Origin: Patescibacteria group bacterium
GTDB lineage: Bacteria; Patescibacteriota; Minisyncoccia; UBA9983
Assembly (NCBI GenBank): GCA_040752125.1
Contig: JBFMFK010000006.1
Coordinates: 1,152-65,151 of the forward strand
Direction of reading: 5' to 3'
Length of the DNA stretch: 64,000 nucleotides
Positions 47,618 to 57,564 of the stretch are shown here, in pieces; position 1 is the first letter of the stretch; each line of letters starts with the position of its first letter. The notes beneath the pieces are model-generated. The model searched no databases. It was not told where the DNA came from and saw only the letters and a program-made list of their open reading frames with translations. A program made the translations under genes and the position numbers.

Positions 47618-48478
47618 ATGGAAACTAATGCAAAAAGGGATTTAATATGGCTGATAGTATTTTTGGTTGCTTTATTTTTCCTTTGGTATTTTACTGGCGG
47701 ACCCAATAGAGAATCCGCAAAAAGCAGTTTGTTTTTAAAATCTCCGCAAAAACAGGCAGAAAAAAATGTTCAGGAAGCTGTTAATTTTTCCTCAATACCG
47801 CAGAAGCCGGACAATAATTCTCCTTACCGCTCAAAAATTACAATCATATCCAGTCAAGAAGCAAAAAAACAAAATCCAGACGAGGAATATCTGACCATTC
47901 AAGCGTCTTATAACAATCCAGAACCAATAAACATAAAACAATGGAGTTTGGGTAAATCGGCTACTGAACATTATTATATAGGAAGCGCAATGGAATTTTT
48001 TAAGATGCCTCCTGAAAACAGCCGGCAGGATATTTTTTTAAAACCCGGCGATAGAGCAATCATCACAACAGGCAAAAGCCCTGTGAGTAGAGGATTTAAA
48101 TTGAATAAATGCATTGGTTATCTTGAACAGATGCAGGATTTTATTCCAATGATTCCTCTAAACTGCCCCCATCCTATTAATGATGAATATCTGCCTGCCA
48201 GTTTGGATGATCTATGCATTGATTACATAAACTCTAATTTTAAAATCTGCACCCAGTATCTTTCCTATCTGTCATCTCTTTCTAATAGTTGCAAGCAATA
48301 TATTAATGAAAGAATAAATTACAAGGGCTGCAGTCAGTGGCACAGAAATGATAATGATTTTTATAAGCCGGGGTGGAGATTATTTCTTAACCAAACTTCA
48401 GAAATCTGGCCCAACATCAATGGAACTGTTATTTTATATGATGAAAACAATAAAATTGTTGACTCAATCAATTATTAA
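47618..48478 (+). CDS. Membrane-anchored Cys-containing protein with lamin-tail-like domain
   Basis: TM, EEYL.I, IN...W, NKC.GYL, LYDEN..IVD; ATG at 47618 likely. Confidence 0.7.
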   Translation: METNAKRDLIWLIVFLVALFFLWYFTGGPNRESAKSSLFLKSPQKQAEKNVQEAVNFSSIPQKPDNNSPYRSKITIISSQEAKKQNPDEEYLTIQASYNNPEPINIKQWSLGKSATEHYYIGSAMEFFKMPPENSRQDIFLKPGDRAIITTGKSPVSRGFKLNKCIGYLEQMQDFIPMIPLNCPHPINDEYLPASLDDLCIDYINSNFKICTQYLSYLSSLSNSCKQYINERINYKGCSQWHRNDNDFYKPGWRLFLNQTSEIWPNINGTVILYDENNKIVDSINY

Positions 48479-48495
48479 ACTATAATATCTATATT

Positions 48496-48843
48496 ATGCT
48501 AAGTATTTTTCCGTGGCTTTTTAATTATTCTCAAGCGGCTTCCTTTATTTTAAGAATTGCTCTGGCAATCATTCTGATAAACACCTCTTCTTTCATTCTT
48601 CCTGATCTGGCAGAAAAACAGGCGAAGCTGGTAAAAATAATAAAATCTGTTTCAGCGCTTTGTCTGATCTTGGGACTTTTTATCCAGCCGGTTGCCCTGC
48701 TCCTTATCATTATGCTAGGAATTAATATTATCAGGCCTTCTTTAGATATGGAAAAGAAACTGGTTAGTTTTTTACTGATGACTGTTGCACTGAGTCTGAT
48801 GCTTTTGGGACCGGGTTTGTTTTCAATAGACCTGCCTTTATAA
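48496..48843 (+). CDS. DoxX-like membrane protein
   Basis: ILRIAL, LILGLF.Q, GPGLFSIDLPL. Confidence 0.75.
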   Translation: MLSIFPWLFNYSQAASFILRIALAIILINTSSFILPDLAEKQAKLVKIIKSVSALCLILGLFIQPVALLLIIMLGINIIRPSLDMEKKLVSFLLMTVALSLMLLGPGLFSIDLPL

Positions 48844-48855
48844 ATTTATTTAAAA

Positions 48856-49347
48856 ATGTCTGATGTTAAATTTTACAATGAAACATTAAAGCGCCAGATT
48901 GACTTTGAACGTCTTGTAGAAGAATTAGTGAAGTATATCCGGGCCGAACCTGAACGGGAATATAAAATAAGCGTAGGTACGGATTCTCAGGGATCCAATC
49001 ACACGCATTTTGTCACTGCTATTGCCATTTTGCGTGTAGGGAATGGCGGCATTTATTTTTGGACAAGATCGGATAAAATATATTGTCCCACCATGCAAGA
49101 TAGAATATATAAAGAGGCGATGCGTTCAATAGTTTTTGTCCAAGAATTGAAAAGTCGGTTAAGAGAAAAATTGGGCGAAGAATTTTTTTGGGACAATAAA
49201 ATTAGCGTGCATATTGATGTGGGGAAAAGGGGCGAAACAAAAGATCTTGTAGACATCGTTATTGGAATGGTAAAAGGATACGGATTTGATGCCGTGATAA
49301 AGCCAGACTCCTTTGGAGCCTTTGTTATCGCAGACAGACATACATAG
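48856..49347 (+). CDS. RNase H-like YkuK family protein
   Basis: VGTDSQ, VHIDVG..G.T, IKPDSFGA..IADRH. Confidence 0.88.
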   Translation: MSDVKFYNETLKRQIDFERLVEELVKYIRAEPEREYKISVGTDSQGSNHTHFVTAIAILRVGNGGIYFWTRSDKIYCPTMQDRIYKEAMRSIVFVQELKSRLREKLGEEFFWDNKISVHIDVGKRGETKDLVDIVIGMVKGYGFDAVIKPDSFGAFVIADRHT

Positions 49348-49363
49348 TTTTTTTAGCTTTTTC

Positions 49364-49436
49364 CCGCCCATAGCTCAATTGGCAGAGCAGCTCCCTTTTA
49401 AGGAGAAGGTTCTAGGTTCGATTCCTAGTGGGCGGA
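49364..49436 (+). tRNA. tRNA-Lys(TTT)
   Basis: CTCC-CTTTTAA-GGAG arm, GTTCGATTC. Confidence 0.92.
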
Positions 49437-49470
49437 AACAAAATTTTAGAAAATGTTAAACACTTAATGT

Positions 49471-50352
49471 CTAACAGATATGTAAGATAAAATTTTCTAG
49501 GCCAGAGCTTAGATCAGACTGGCCATTTCTAGATCTGTGATAAACATCAATCAGCTGCCAAGAGAGCTCGTTTAATTCTTCTTGGCTAAAGCTGTTAATG
49601 TTCGTTAAGGTTTTTTTTACAACATAGGGATGGAATCCTGTTTCTTTTTCAATGTTCTTCATCTTCATACTTGACAATCTTTTAACAAGAGAGAGGTTTT
49701 TAATTTGCCAGAGAATTTTCCAAAAGATCTCTTCTGGATCTATACCTGACAAGATTGCCTCTTGAAACAAAATCCAGGCTTTAATTTTCTGCTTTAGGGC
49801 CACAGCATCGCCAACGGCAAAAGGATTGTAATTGTTTTTTTCTACCCTTTCAAGCTCTCCTCCTAATTCATATTTCTCAATCTTTTTGGAAACGCACCAA
49901 AGATCAGGACCGCATCTCTCTATGATTCTCTGGACCGCAATATTAGAAATTTTTTTACTTTTTTCTTCTATGAAATTTTTCAGCTTTAAAGGAGGGAGAA
50001 ATTTAAATTCCTGGATTTTATTGCTGTATTGTCTAAAAATCTCAATCATCTCCTCTCCAATATCTTCTTCAAGAAAAATAAAAATATTCTTGGAATTCTT
50101 TATTTCTTCTGCATGATTTATTACAAAATTCTCTATAGCCTTATCCTTTATAATATTTTCAGAGATCACTATAATTTTTTCGCCAAACAATCCGCAGATT
50201 TTCATTAACTCTTCAAAATTGCCTTGCTCAAAATTTTCTTTTTCAAATTTAAAAATGTCCAGATTTTCAGATCTTGAGCGGAAAAAATCCAAGAGGTCAT
50301 TCAGCTTCTTCCTGCTTCGGAAGCTGTCTGGTCCATAGAGAAGATAAAGCAT
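49471..50352 (-). CDS. holA: DNA polymerase III delta subunit
   Basis: YLLYGPDSFR, GLFGEK, HPYVVKK. Confidence 0.82.
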   Translation of the reverse strand: MLYLLYGPDSFRSRKKLNDLLDFFRSRSENLDIFKFEKENFEQGNFEELMKICGLFGEKIIVISENIIKDKAIENFVINHAEEIKNSKNIFIFLEEDIGEEMIEIFRQYSNKIQEFKFLPPLKLKNFIEEKSKKISNIAVQRIIERCGPDLWCVSKKIEKYELGGELERVEKNNYNPFAVGDAVALKQKIKAWILFQEAILSGIDPEEIFWKILWQIKNLSLVKRLSSMKMKNIEKETGFHPYVVKKTLTNINSFSQEELNELSWQLIDVYHRSRNGQSDLSSGLENFILHIC

Positions 50353-50358
50353 AAAAAT

Positions 50359-50748
50359 TTAAACGTATTTTTTTGCAATAATATCTTTGATTTTATTAAC
50401 AATCTCGTCTGGGGTAAAATTGACTTTTACCATAAAATCAACGGCGCCTAAAAGCATTGCCTTATCAACATCCTCCTTCTGGCCCAAGTTGCTTGAAACA
50501 ATTACTGGAATGTCTTTGGTCTTTTTATCTTTTTTCAGTATTGATAAGATTTCAAAACCATCCACGCCCGGCAGTATCAAATCCAAGATGACAACTACTG
50601 GTTTCTCTTCCTCAAGCACCTTAAGTGTCTCTTTTGAATCAGAGGCTACAAGGACTTTAAATCCTTCTTTTTCTAGCTTCTGGGAAATTAATGTTCTGAA
50701 AAATTTATCATCCTCAATGATTAATATTGTTTCTTTTTCCATATTCAT
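50359..50748 (-). CDS. Single-domain response regulator (receiver only)
   Basis: IEDD, LDLILP.VDG, SN, GAVDFMVK. Confidence 0.92.
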   Translation of the reverse strand: MNMEKETILIIEDDKFFRTLISQKLEKEGFKVLVASDSKETLKVLEEEKPVVVILDLILPGVDGFEILSILKKDKKTKDIPVIVSSNLGQKEDVDKAMLLGAVDFMVKVNFTPDEIVNKIKDIIAKKYV

Positions 50749-52957
50749 ATTTTATCATATCCTGCCAATTTTTTCCTATATAAACATTGATAATAATGGG
50801 GATATCATCAGGATAAATATTTTCCGTAATGTCTTTGATTACGGGTATGCTTTTCTCAATCATTTCTTCTCTAATCTCAAAAATAAGTTCGTCGTGTATC
50901 TGAAGCAAGAGCCGCACTCCCGCCCTCCATTCCTTTTCCTCCACCATTTTATCTATCTTGACCATGGCTATTTTTATAAAATCAGCGGCCGATCCCTGGA
51001 CGGGCGCGTTGATGGCCATTCTTTCTGATCCACTCCTTATCTTTTCTATTGAAGAATTAATTTCCGGGAAATATCTTTTTCTTTTGAAAAGGGTTTCTGT
51101 GTATCCATTTTTTCTCACCTCTTCTTTGGTTCTTTCCAGATAATCAGCCACCCCCTTGAATTTCAAGAAATATTTGTCGTAAAAGATCTGCGCCTCCTCG
51201 CGCGAACATTGCAGACTCTCTTTCAAGGCATTGATCCCCATCCCATAAATGATTCCAAAATTTATAACCTTGGCCTGCCTTCTCATTTCTTCTGTCACTT
51301 TTCCTAATGGCAGATTAAAAATTTCTGCTGCCACAGCGGAATGAACATCTTCACCTTCTTGGAAAATATTTTTTAATTTTTCATCTCTGCTTAAAATCGC
51401 CATTATCCTTAACTCAATCTGAGAATAATCAAAGCTCACCAGATAAAATCCATTATCAGCAATAAAGGCGCGCCTAATCTTTTTTCCTGTTTCAGTTCTT
51501 TTGGGAATGTTTTGAAGATTCGGGTCTTTAGAAGAAATTCTTCCTGTGACTGTGCCCGCTTGATCAAATTTGGTATGAATTCTTTTGTTTTCGTCTGCCA
51601 TGATCGGAAGGGTATCCAAATAGGTAGAGGTCAACTTTGCCAATTCCCGGCAGGAGATGATTTCTTCAACAACAGGGTGCTGATTCTTTAATTTAATCAA
51701 TTCAGAAAAACTAGTGGATTGATTGCCTGTTGATGTTTTTTTCAGCCCTTTTTGCTTTAAATTAAGTTTCTTAAACAAAACCTCGGATAACTGCTTTGGA
51801 GAATTGATGTTAAATTTTTCTCCAGCCATCTTCCAAATTTTTTGTTCCAGTTCTCTTAATTTTTGGTGATATTCATCTGAAATCTTTTTTAAATATTCAG
51901 TATCTAAGAGAATACCTCGTGATTCCATTTCTTGGAGAATTTTAAAGAGGGGGAGTTCAATTTCATAAAAAAATTTCTCTGTAACCTGACCTTTTAACTT
52001 TTCATATAAAAGTTCTTTGGGACTAATTAATGAATCCTTATTTTCTAAAATAGGCAATCTGTCCAACAAACTCTTAAAGCTGAGATCTATAAACAGTCCC
52101 CTGATCTTTTCAAAATTGATAAATTTCTTCCATTTCCCCTCTTCAAGAGAAAATTTTACCGGCGCATCTTTCCTGATTTCTGCCAATGTCTTACTAAACA
52201 TTGCCTCTTCCTCATTTTTTTTTAAAATCTCTATTGTTTTTTGTCTAAGGCCTCCTGTCTCTGTAATCTTTCTATCTTCTTTTATGGCTCTGTATAAATT
52301 CTCAATGTGGCCAAACTTTTTTATCAATGCAGAGGCAGTCTTTTCTCCGATACCGGGAACACCAATAATATTATCCGAGGGATCGCCCTTAAGCGCCTTG
52401 AAATCAGATATAAACTCTGGCCCAAATCCAAACCGTTTTTTCACCATCTCATCATCATAAAGAACTGTTTCTTTTATTCCTTTAGATAAGGTATAAACAA
52501 CAACTTCTTTATTTCTCACTAATTGCAAGGTATCCAAGTCGCCGGAGGCAATGATGATTTTTAGCTGATCGTTGATCGGTAATAGTTGATTGACAATTGA
52601 GCCAAGAATGTCATCAGCTTCAAATCCCGGAGATTCAAGAACGGGAATGCCAAAAACTTTGAGCATCTCGCGCGAATTGCCAATCTGTTGGGCAAGGAGA
52701 TCATCTGTCTTGGGACGCTGCGCTTTGTATTGCTCATAAACAACATGCCTGAAGGTTGGTTCTGGTAAATCGTAGCAAGCCGCCATATAATCTGGTTTTA
52801 ATTCGCGGATGATTTTTAAAATAAAACTAGCAAATCCGAAAAGGGCGCCCGTTGGTTCTCCCTGTGGAGAAGTAAAGTTAGGCAAGGCGTGAAAGGCACG
52901 ATGCAAAACTGCATGTGCATCAATCAAAACCAAAATTTTCTTTTTTTCTTGAATCAC
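50714..52957 (-). CDS. polA: DNA polymerase I (5'-3' exonuclease + polymerase, no 3'-5' exo domain)
   Basis: EADD, GDPSDN, TGRISS..PNLQNIP, DYSQIELR, LQIHDEL. Confidence 0.96.
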   Translation of the reverse strand: MIQEKKKILVLIDAHAVLHRAFHALPNFTSPQGEPTGALFGFASFILKIIRELKPDYMAACYDLPEPTFRHVVYEQYKAQRPKTDDLLAQQIGNSREMLKVFGIPVLESPGFEADDILGSIVNQLLPINDQLKIIIASGDLDTLQLVRNKEVVVYTLSKGIKETVLYDDEMVKKRFGFGPEFISDFKALKGDPSDNIIGVPGIGEKTASALIKKFGHIENLYRAIKEDRKITETGGLRQKTIEILKKNEEEAMFSKTLAEIRKDAPVKFSLEEGKWKKFINFEKIRGLFIDLSFKSLLDRLPILENKDSLISPKELLYEKLKGQVTEKFFYEIELPLFKILQEMESRGILLDTEYLKKISDEYHQKLRELEQKIWKMAGEKFNINSPKQLSEVLFKKLNLKQKGLKKTSTGNQSTSFSELIKLKNQHPVVEEIISCRELAKLTSTYLDTLPIMADENKRIHTKFDQAGTVTGRISSKDPNLQNIPKRTETGKKIRRAFIADNGFYLVSFDYSQIELRIMAILSRDEKLKNIFQEGEDVHSAVAAEIFNLPLGKVTEEMRRQAKVINFGIIYGMGINALKESLQCSREEAQIFYDKYFLKFKGVADYLERTKEEVRKNGYTETLFKRKRYFPEINSSIEKIRSGSERMAINAPVQGSAADFIKIAMVKIDKMVEEKEWRAGVRLLLQIHDELIFEIREEMIEKSIPVIKDITENIYPDDIPIIINVYIGKNWQDMIKYEYGKRNNINH

Positions 52958-55578
52958 TTTTTATCTTTTTCCTTTAGTATTTTAGAAACTCGATAGCGTA
53001 TATATATTATCAATCCCAAAAAACCAAGAAGCAAGATAATTACTATGTAAATCCAGGATCCAAATTTTGCCAAAGAAAAACCGACTGTGGCTACAGCTGT
53101 AAATCCGGGTTCAATAATGATTGTGTTGGAAACAGAAATATCCGGCTGAGGATTGCCAAAAATATCTGTAAAGCCAAGAATAGCTGTGGTGATTAATTTT
53201 CCATTCTCTTCTGCTGAATCTTCAACTTTTACTTTGACATCAATAGAACCAGAATCTTTTTCTTTAATCTTACCGAGATCAAAGAACAAAATATTTCTTT
53301 CAGAAGAATAGTCAGGGGGATTTGCACTTTTTACACTTAGTCCTTCAGGTAGAATAATTTTTAGAATGACATTATCAACATCTGCAATGCCGATGTTTCT
53401 ATATCGTACTGTGTAATTTATTTCCTCGTTATACTTGACCTCATTTTTATCGGCGTTAATGTCTAAAGATATTAAATCAAGGTTTAAAATTGTAATTGTC
53501 TCATTTGATTTTTTGGTGATTGTAGCTGCAGTGGCTGAAAAGGAATTTGCAATGGTAATGTTTTTTTCTACTGGTTTTGTTTTTACTCTCAAGGAGATCG
53601 TTGCTGTTTTTTTTGAAGAGAGTGAGGCAATCTTCCAAAACAAATTAGAATCACTAGAAACTGAAGTTGGCGGATTGGAATCAAGGAAATCAAAATTTTG
53701 GCTAAGAGAATCTTTCACAGTGATATTTTTTAATTCATCACCAGTTTCATTTTTAATATTAAGCAGATATTCAATGGTATCACCAATGGAGGCGGAATTG
53801 ATAAGATTGCTTCCATTTGGGAAAGAAAGATTTTTCATTTCCTTCCATACAGAAAAAGATGAAAAAGATGCCGGTGTTGTCGCTTTCTCTGAAACTAGTG
53901 GTTGAACTACAATGACTGGCAGGGTTTTAAAATTAAAAATGACGCCTCGGGTGATTCCAAAGTCATTTTTCGCCACAAGACGATAGTAATAATTAATATT
54001 GGGTGATAAAGAGACTAGTTGAAAGCTAACAGGAATAAAAGAATCGCCAGAACCAACACTGAAAGAATTAGTGATGGTATATAAATTGAGAGTCGGATCT
54101 GTTCCCCACTCAAACCAGGCCACAGTTGAAGAATTTTTGGGGTTAATGCTTCCTTTAAGCAATGCCGAGGTTTGACTGACTTGATCTGGCGGATAAACAA
54201 CTATCTCTGGACTGCTGCCTAAAGCTTTTCCTGTTGTAAATATTAATGTACTTCCAAAACTTCTTCCGCAAATATTTTCAGATACCAAGCGGAAATAATA
54301 TGTTGTGTTTGGCTTTAAATTTCCCAAATATCTTAAAATGTCGGTGTCAACATTTCCGCTTCCAATATCCTGTGATGTTGTTCTAAATGTCAAAGAGTAT
54401 GATTCTCCATATTCAAACCAGGCAGTTGCAGAACGATTGCGCGGATTGACAACGCCTCTTAAGGTAGCTGAATCTTTCGTAACAAAAGCAGCTGATCCTG
54501 TGGTAACAATAGGGGCGCAGGATCCGGTGATAGAGGATGTTCCTCCCCCAGCTGTTCCGCTCGTAGTTCCACCAGCTGGCGGGCCGGTGGTAAAACTAAA
54601 AGTAGAACCATAGGTTGTTCCTGCGGAATTCTGAGCCACTGGCCTGAAAAGATAAGTTGTTTCAGTTGAAAGTCCGGAAAGCCCGGAAATAAAATCAATA
54701 TAAACTGTACCATCTCCCATGTTTTGGTGAGCTGTTTCATTACTCAAACCCAAATCAATGTCGCCCCATTGAAACCAGGCATTTGTTTGTAGGCCATTTG
54801 GACTGACGCTGGCCCTCAAGGCCACAGAGGTTTGGTTAATCTCCGTAGCATAGCCAGCAATCACAGAGGGAGACTTATTGCCCGGGAGGCCAACTGCACC
54901 AGTTGTAAAACTTAAGGTTGAACCCCTGGTAATACCTATACTGTTCTGCGCCACTGCACGATAGTAATAAACATTTCCTGAAGAAAGATTGGTCAAACCA
55001 GAAAGAAAATCAACAAACACAAAGCCGGAGCCAATTGCCTGATGAGAAGTTTCGTTTGTTAAACCGCTAGCTGACAGCCCCCATTCAAACCAGGCAGATG
55101 TATCAGAACTATTAGGATTAACACTGCCCTTAAGGGTGACACTGGTTGGCAAAAGATCGTCAATAACATATGTATAAACTATTGGCGGATTCAAATTGCT
55201 GACAAAGCTAGTTGTCTTAAAACTAAAAGTAGAACCATAGGTTGTTCCTGCGGAATTCTGAGCCACTGGCCTGAAAAGATAAGTTGTTTCAGTTGAAAGT
55301 CCGGAAAGACCGGAAATAAAATCAATATAAACTGTACCATCTCCCATGTTTTGGTGAGCTGTTTCATTACTCAAACCCAAATCAATGTCGCCCCATTGAA
55401 ACCAAACGTCCGTATTTAGTCCATTTGGATTAACACCAGCTGAAAGAATGGCTGATGTCTGAGATACGTCTTTGGCATAATAATTAAAAAGGGAGGGGGC
55501 TCCTGCTGCCAAGACCGAATTAAGATTAAAAACAGAAAAACAGATCAAAAAAAACAAGGCAAATTTCATTGTAATCAA
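52954..55578 (-). CDS. Large surface protein with five FN3-like repeats, DUF11-like domains and C-terminal TM
   Basis: repeated NP...T.AWF.WG...YYYR.VA.N..G...G. Confidence 0.82.
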   Translation of the reverse strand: MITMKFALFFLICFSVFNLNSVLAAGAPSLFNYYAKDVSQTSAILSAGVNPNGLNTDVWFQWGDIDLGLSNETAHQNMGDGTVYIDFISGLSGLSTETTYLFRPVAQNSAGTTYGSTFSFKTTSFVSNLNPPIVYTYVIDDLLPTSVTLKGSVNPNSSDTSAWFEWGLSASGLTNETSHQAIGSGFVFVDFLSGLTNLSSGNVYYYRAVAQNSIGITRGSTLSFTTGAVGLPGNKSPSVIAGYATEINQTSVALRASVSPNGLQTNAWFQWGDIDLGLSNETAHQNMGDGTVYIDFISGLSGLSTETTYLFRPVAQNSAGTTYGSTFSFTTGPPAGGTTSGTAGGGTSSITGSCAPIVTTGSAAFVTKDSATLRGVVNPRNRSATAWFEYGESYSLTFRTTSQDIGSGNVDTDILRYLGNLKPNTTYYFRLVSENICGRSFGSTLIFTTGKALGSSPEIVVYPPDQVSQTSALLKGSINPKNSSTVAWFEWGTDPTLNLYTITNSFSVGSGDSFIPVSFQLVSLSPNINYYYRLVAKNDFGITRGVIFNFKTLPVIVVQPLVSEKATTPASFSSFSVWKEMKNLSFPNGSNLINSASIGDTIEYLLNIKNETGDELKNITVKDSLSQNFDFLDSNPPTSVSSDSNLFWKIASLSSKKTATISLRVKTKPVEKNITIANSFSATAATITKKSNETITILNLDLISLDINADKNEVKYNEEINYTVRYRNIGIADVDNVILKIILPEGLSVKSANPPDYSSERNILFFDLGKIKEKDSGSIDVKVKVEDSAEENGKLITTAILGFTDIFGNPQPDISVSNTIIIEPGFTAVATVGFSLAKFGSWIYIVIILLLGFLGLIIYIRYRVSKILKEKDKK
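54591..54777. repeat. 187-bp direct repeat, copy 1
   Basis: matches 55218-55404 with one substitution seen. Confidence 0.9.
55218..55404. repeat. 187-bp direct repeat, copy 2
   Basis: matches 54591-54777. Confidence 0.9.
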
Positions 55579-55584
55579 ACTATA

Positions 55585-56031
55585 CTATTTTTTGAGACTA
55601 ATGTCAATAAGACGTTTGTGAGGACCGAGATGGGAAAATTTTATCCAAAAATATTTTTTAGGAAAAATTTTTTTAATTTTTTCAGCCCATTCAACCAAAA
55701 TTATATTTTGTGGATTTTTTATCAATTTTCTCCATCCTAAATCAAGAATTTCTTTTGATTTTTTTATTCGGTAAGCATCAAGGTGAATCAAAAATGCGAA
55801 ACTGGGAATGCTAAGCTGGAGACACTTCATTAAAACAAAAGTAGGGCTGGTAACTTTCTTTTTAATGCCTAATGCTTTTGCAAATCCTTGAACAAAAGTT
55901 GTCTTTCCACCTCCCAATTCGCCTGAAAGTCCTATCAGGACTGCCTTTTGTGTTTTTTGTTGAATGACTTTTTGCGCCATCTGTTTTGCCAATTTTTGCG
56001 TCTGGTTTTTAGATTGAGAAATTCTCTTCAT
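55585..56031 (-). CDS. tsaE: tRNA threonylcarbamoyladenosine biosynthesis ATPase TsaE
   Basis: GELGGGKTTF, VTSPTF, HLDAYR, VEWAE. Confidence 0.95.
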   Translation of the reverse strand: MKRISQSKNQTQKLAKQMAQKVIQQKTQKAVLIGLSGELGGGKTTFVQGFAKALGIKKKVTSPTFVLMKCLQLSIPSFAFLIHLDAYRIKKSKEILDLGWRKLIKNPQNIILVEWAEKIKKIFPKKYFWIKFSHLGPHKRLIDISLKK

Positions 56032-56071
56032 AATTTATAATATCTTAGCATAAAAAAACTGGGACAGATTT

Positions 56072-56356
56072 TTATCTGCCCCAGGAATATGAGAAATTAT
56101 AGCCGTCCTTGCGGCCATATCTTGAGATATTAAATGAGCCGTAAGAAGAAAAAGGAGAATAAAAGTATGAAAAATTATAGTTCCCGTGATGAGTATATCT
56201 TGAAAAGTTATAACTGTTATAGTAATAGGGAGATGGAGAGTAATAATACGGGATATAAGAGTAATAATAGGGATCATAGAGATCTCTGTAGTACCCGTAA
56301 CCAATCACACAACCAGAGAGAAATATTAAAATCAAAACTATCCAAGCTATTTTCAT
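56072..56356 (-). CDS. Small Tyr-rich putative lipoprotein
   Basis: MK + hydrophobic stretch + LSGC lipobox, then YYY-rich low-complexity region; GAGAGGAGG upstream. Confidence 0.6.
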   Translation of the reverse strand: MKIAWIVLILIFLSGCVIGYGYYRDLYDPYYYSYIPYYYSPSPYYYNSYNFSRYTHHGNYNFSYFYSPFSSYGSFNISRYGRKDGYNFSYSWGR

Positions 56357-56442
56357 TTTTTCCTCCTCTCTATAAAATTTTTCCTCTTAGTTAATAATAA
56401 TAAATTAAAATTTTTTGTCAAGATTGTCTTGGGTTTTTTGGG

Positions 56443-57549
56443 ATGGTAGGAATGAAACTGATGAATGAATCTTGGAAAGAAAAAATACAGGAGGTACTGC
56501 TACCATCGCGATCAATTGCCCTGATTCTGAATGAAAATTTTGAAGAACATGAATTTTTGCTGCGGGAGGCATTAAAGACAGCTTTGCGTTCAAAAAATTA
56601 TTTTACCTATTCAATTCCTGAAGATGACAAGATCTTATCAGAAAAATGGTCAGCGATCATACCAAGACTTGATAATATTCAACCGTCGCACACCGCTTCT
56701 ATTCTTATTCCAAAAGATAAATTTAATATCAAAGAAGTTTTCTATGAAAACAATGATAATTTTTTTGTCCTCAATATTAAGACAGAAAACAATAAATTAA
56801 GCCCCGAAGACATTGTCTTCAGATCAAAACCAATCAGCATTGATGCGGTTTTATATCTGGGAGATTTGGAAACAAATCGACTTGAAGCGCCACAAAACAA
56901 AATCTTGCTGCCTCCCAAAGAAAAAATTCTTTCTATAACACACCAAAATAAAACCTTGATTGAAAATGTAAAAGAAATTATCTCAATAATTGACGGGGGG
57001 TTGCTTTCTTCAAACAACATTGCCACTATTCTTTTTGCGGCCCTAGTTTTGGAAACAAAAAATTTCACATCTTATCTTTCAGAACAAACAATGGAGCTGG
57101 CAGGTATTCTCTTAAGACTCGGCGCAGACAAAAAGGCCATCAGTGAGATTTTGGAAAAAGAAAAAACAGACACCTTTGCCCAGCTTTTGGGAAGATCTCT
57201 GGCGCGGACAAGAATTAATCAAAATCTTTCCAGTGCCTGGACTTTTTTATCTAAAGAAGATTTTGAAAAAACAGGGTTTGATAATCAAGATTTCAAACTT
57301 CTCTATAAAATTCTTTTAAAAATAAGGGATTTTTTGCCTTCACAATCTTTCTATTTTCTCTTGTGGCAGAAAAATGACGAAGTTTTTTCTCTGGCAACAT
57401 CAGAATACAATACCATTGAAATTCTTGTTTCGCTGGCTGAAAATTTAAACTGTGATTTTTACGGCAGGTTTTTTGTATGCGGCCCATTCAAAAATTTTTC
57501 CGAATCAGAATTAAAATTAAGAGAGCTATTGAAAGAAAAATTAAAATAA
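56443..57549 (+). CDS. Degenerate DHH/NrnA-like phosphoesterase homolog
   Basis: ATILFAALVLETKNF, LLRLGAD, LLGRSLAR match DHH-family C-terminal half; DHH motif not seen. Confidence 0.55.
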   Translation: MVGMKLMNESWKEKIQEVLLPSRSIALILNENFEEHEFLLREALKTALRSKNYFTYSIPEDDKILSEKWSAIIPRLDNIQPSHTASILIPKDKFNIKEVFYENNDNFFVLNIKTENNKLSPEDIVFRSKPISIDAVLYLGDLETNRLEAPQNKILLPPKEKILSITHQNKTLIENVKEIISIIDGGLLSSNNIATILFAALVLETKNFTSYLSEQTMELAGILLRLGADKKAISEILEKEKTDTFAQLLGRSLARTRINQNLSSAWTFLSKEDFEKTGFDNQDFKLLYKILLKIRDFLPSQSFYFLLWQKNDEVFSLATSEYNTIEILVSLAENLNCDFYGRFFVCGPFKNFSESELKLRELLKEKLK

Positions 57550-57564
57550 GCTATTATTTTTAAA

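Noticed and set aside
50315-50324. GCTTCGGAAGC as a family-B palindrome copy
   Set aside because: Only the short core matches; it lies in conserved holA coding sequence (DSFRS).
54591-55404. DGR template/variable repeat pair
   Set aside because: Both copies are in one ORF, differ at a single synonymous site, and no reverse transcriptase is in the window.
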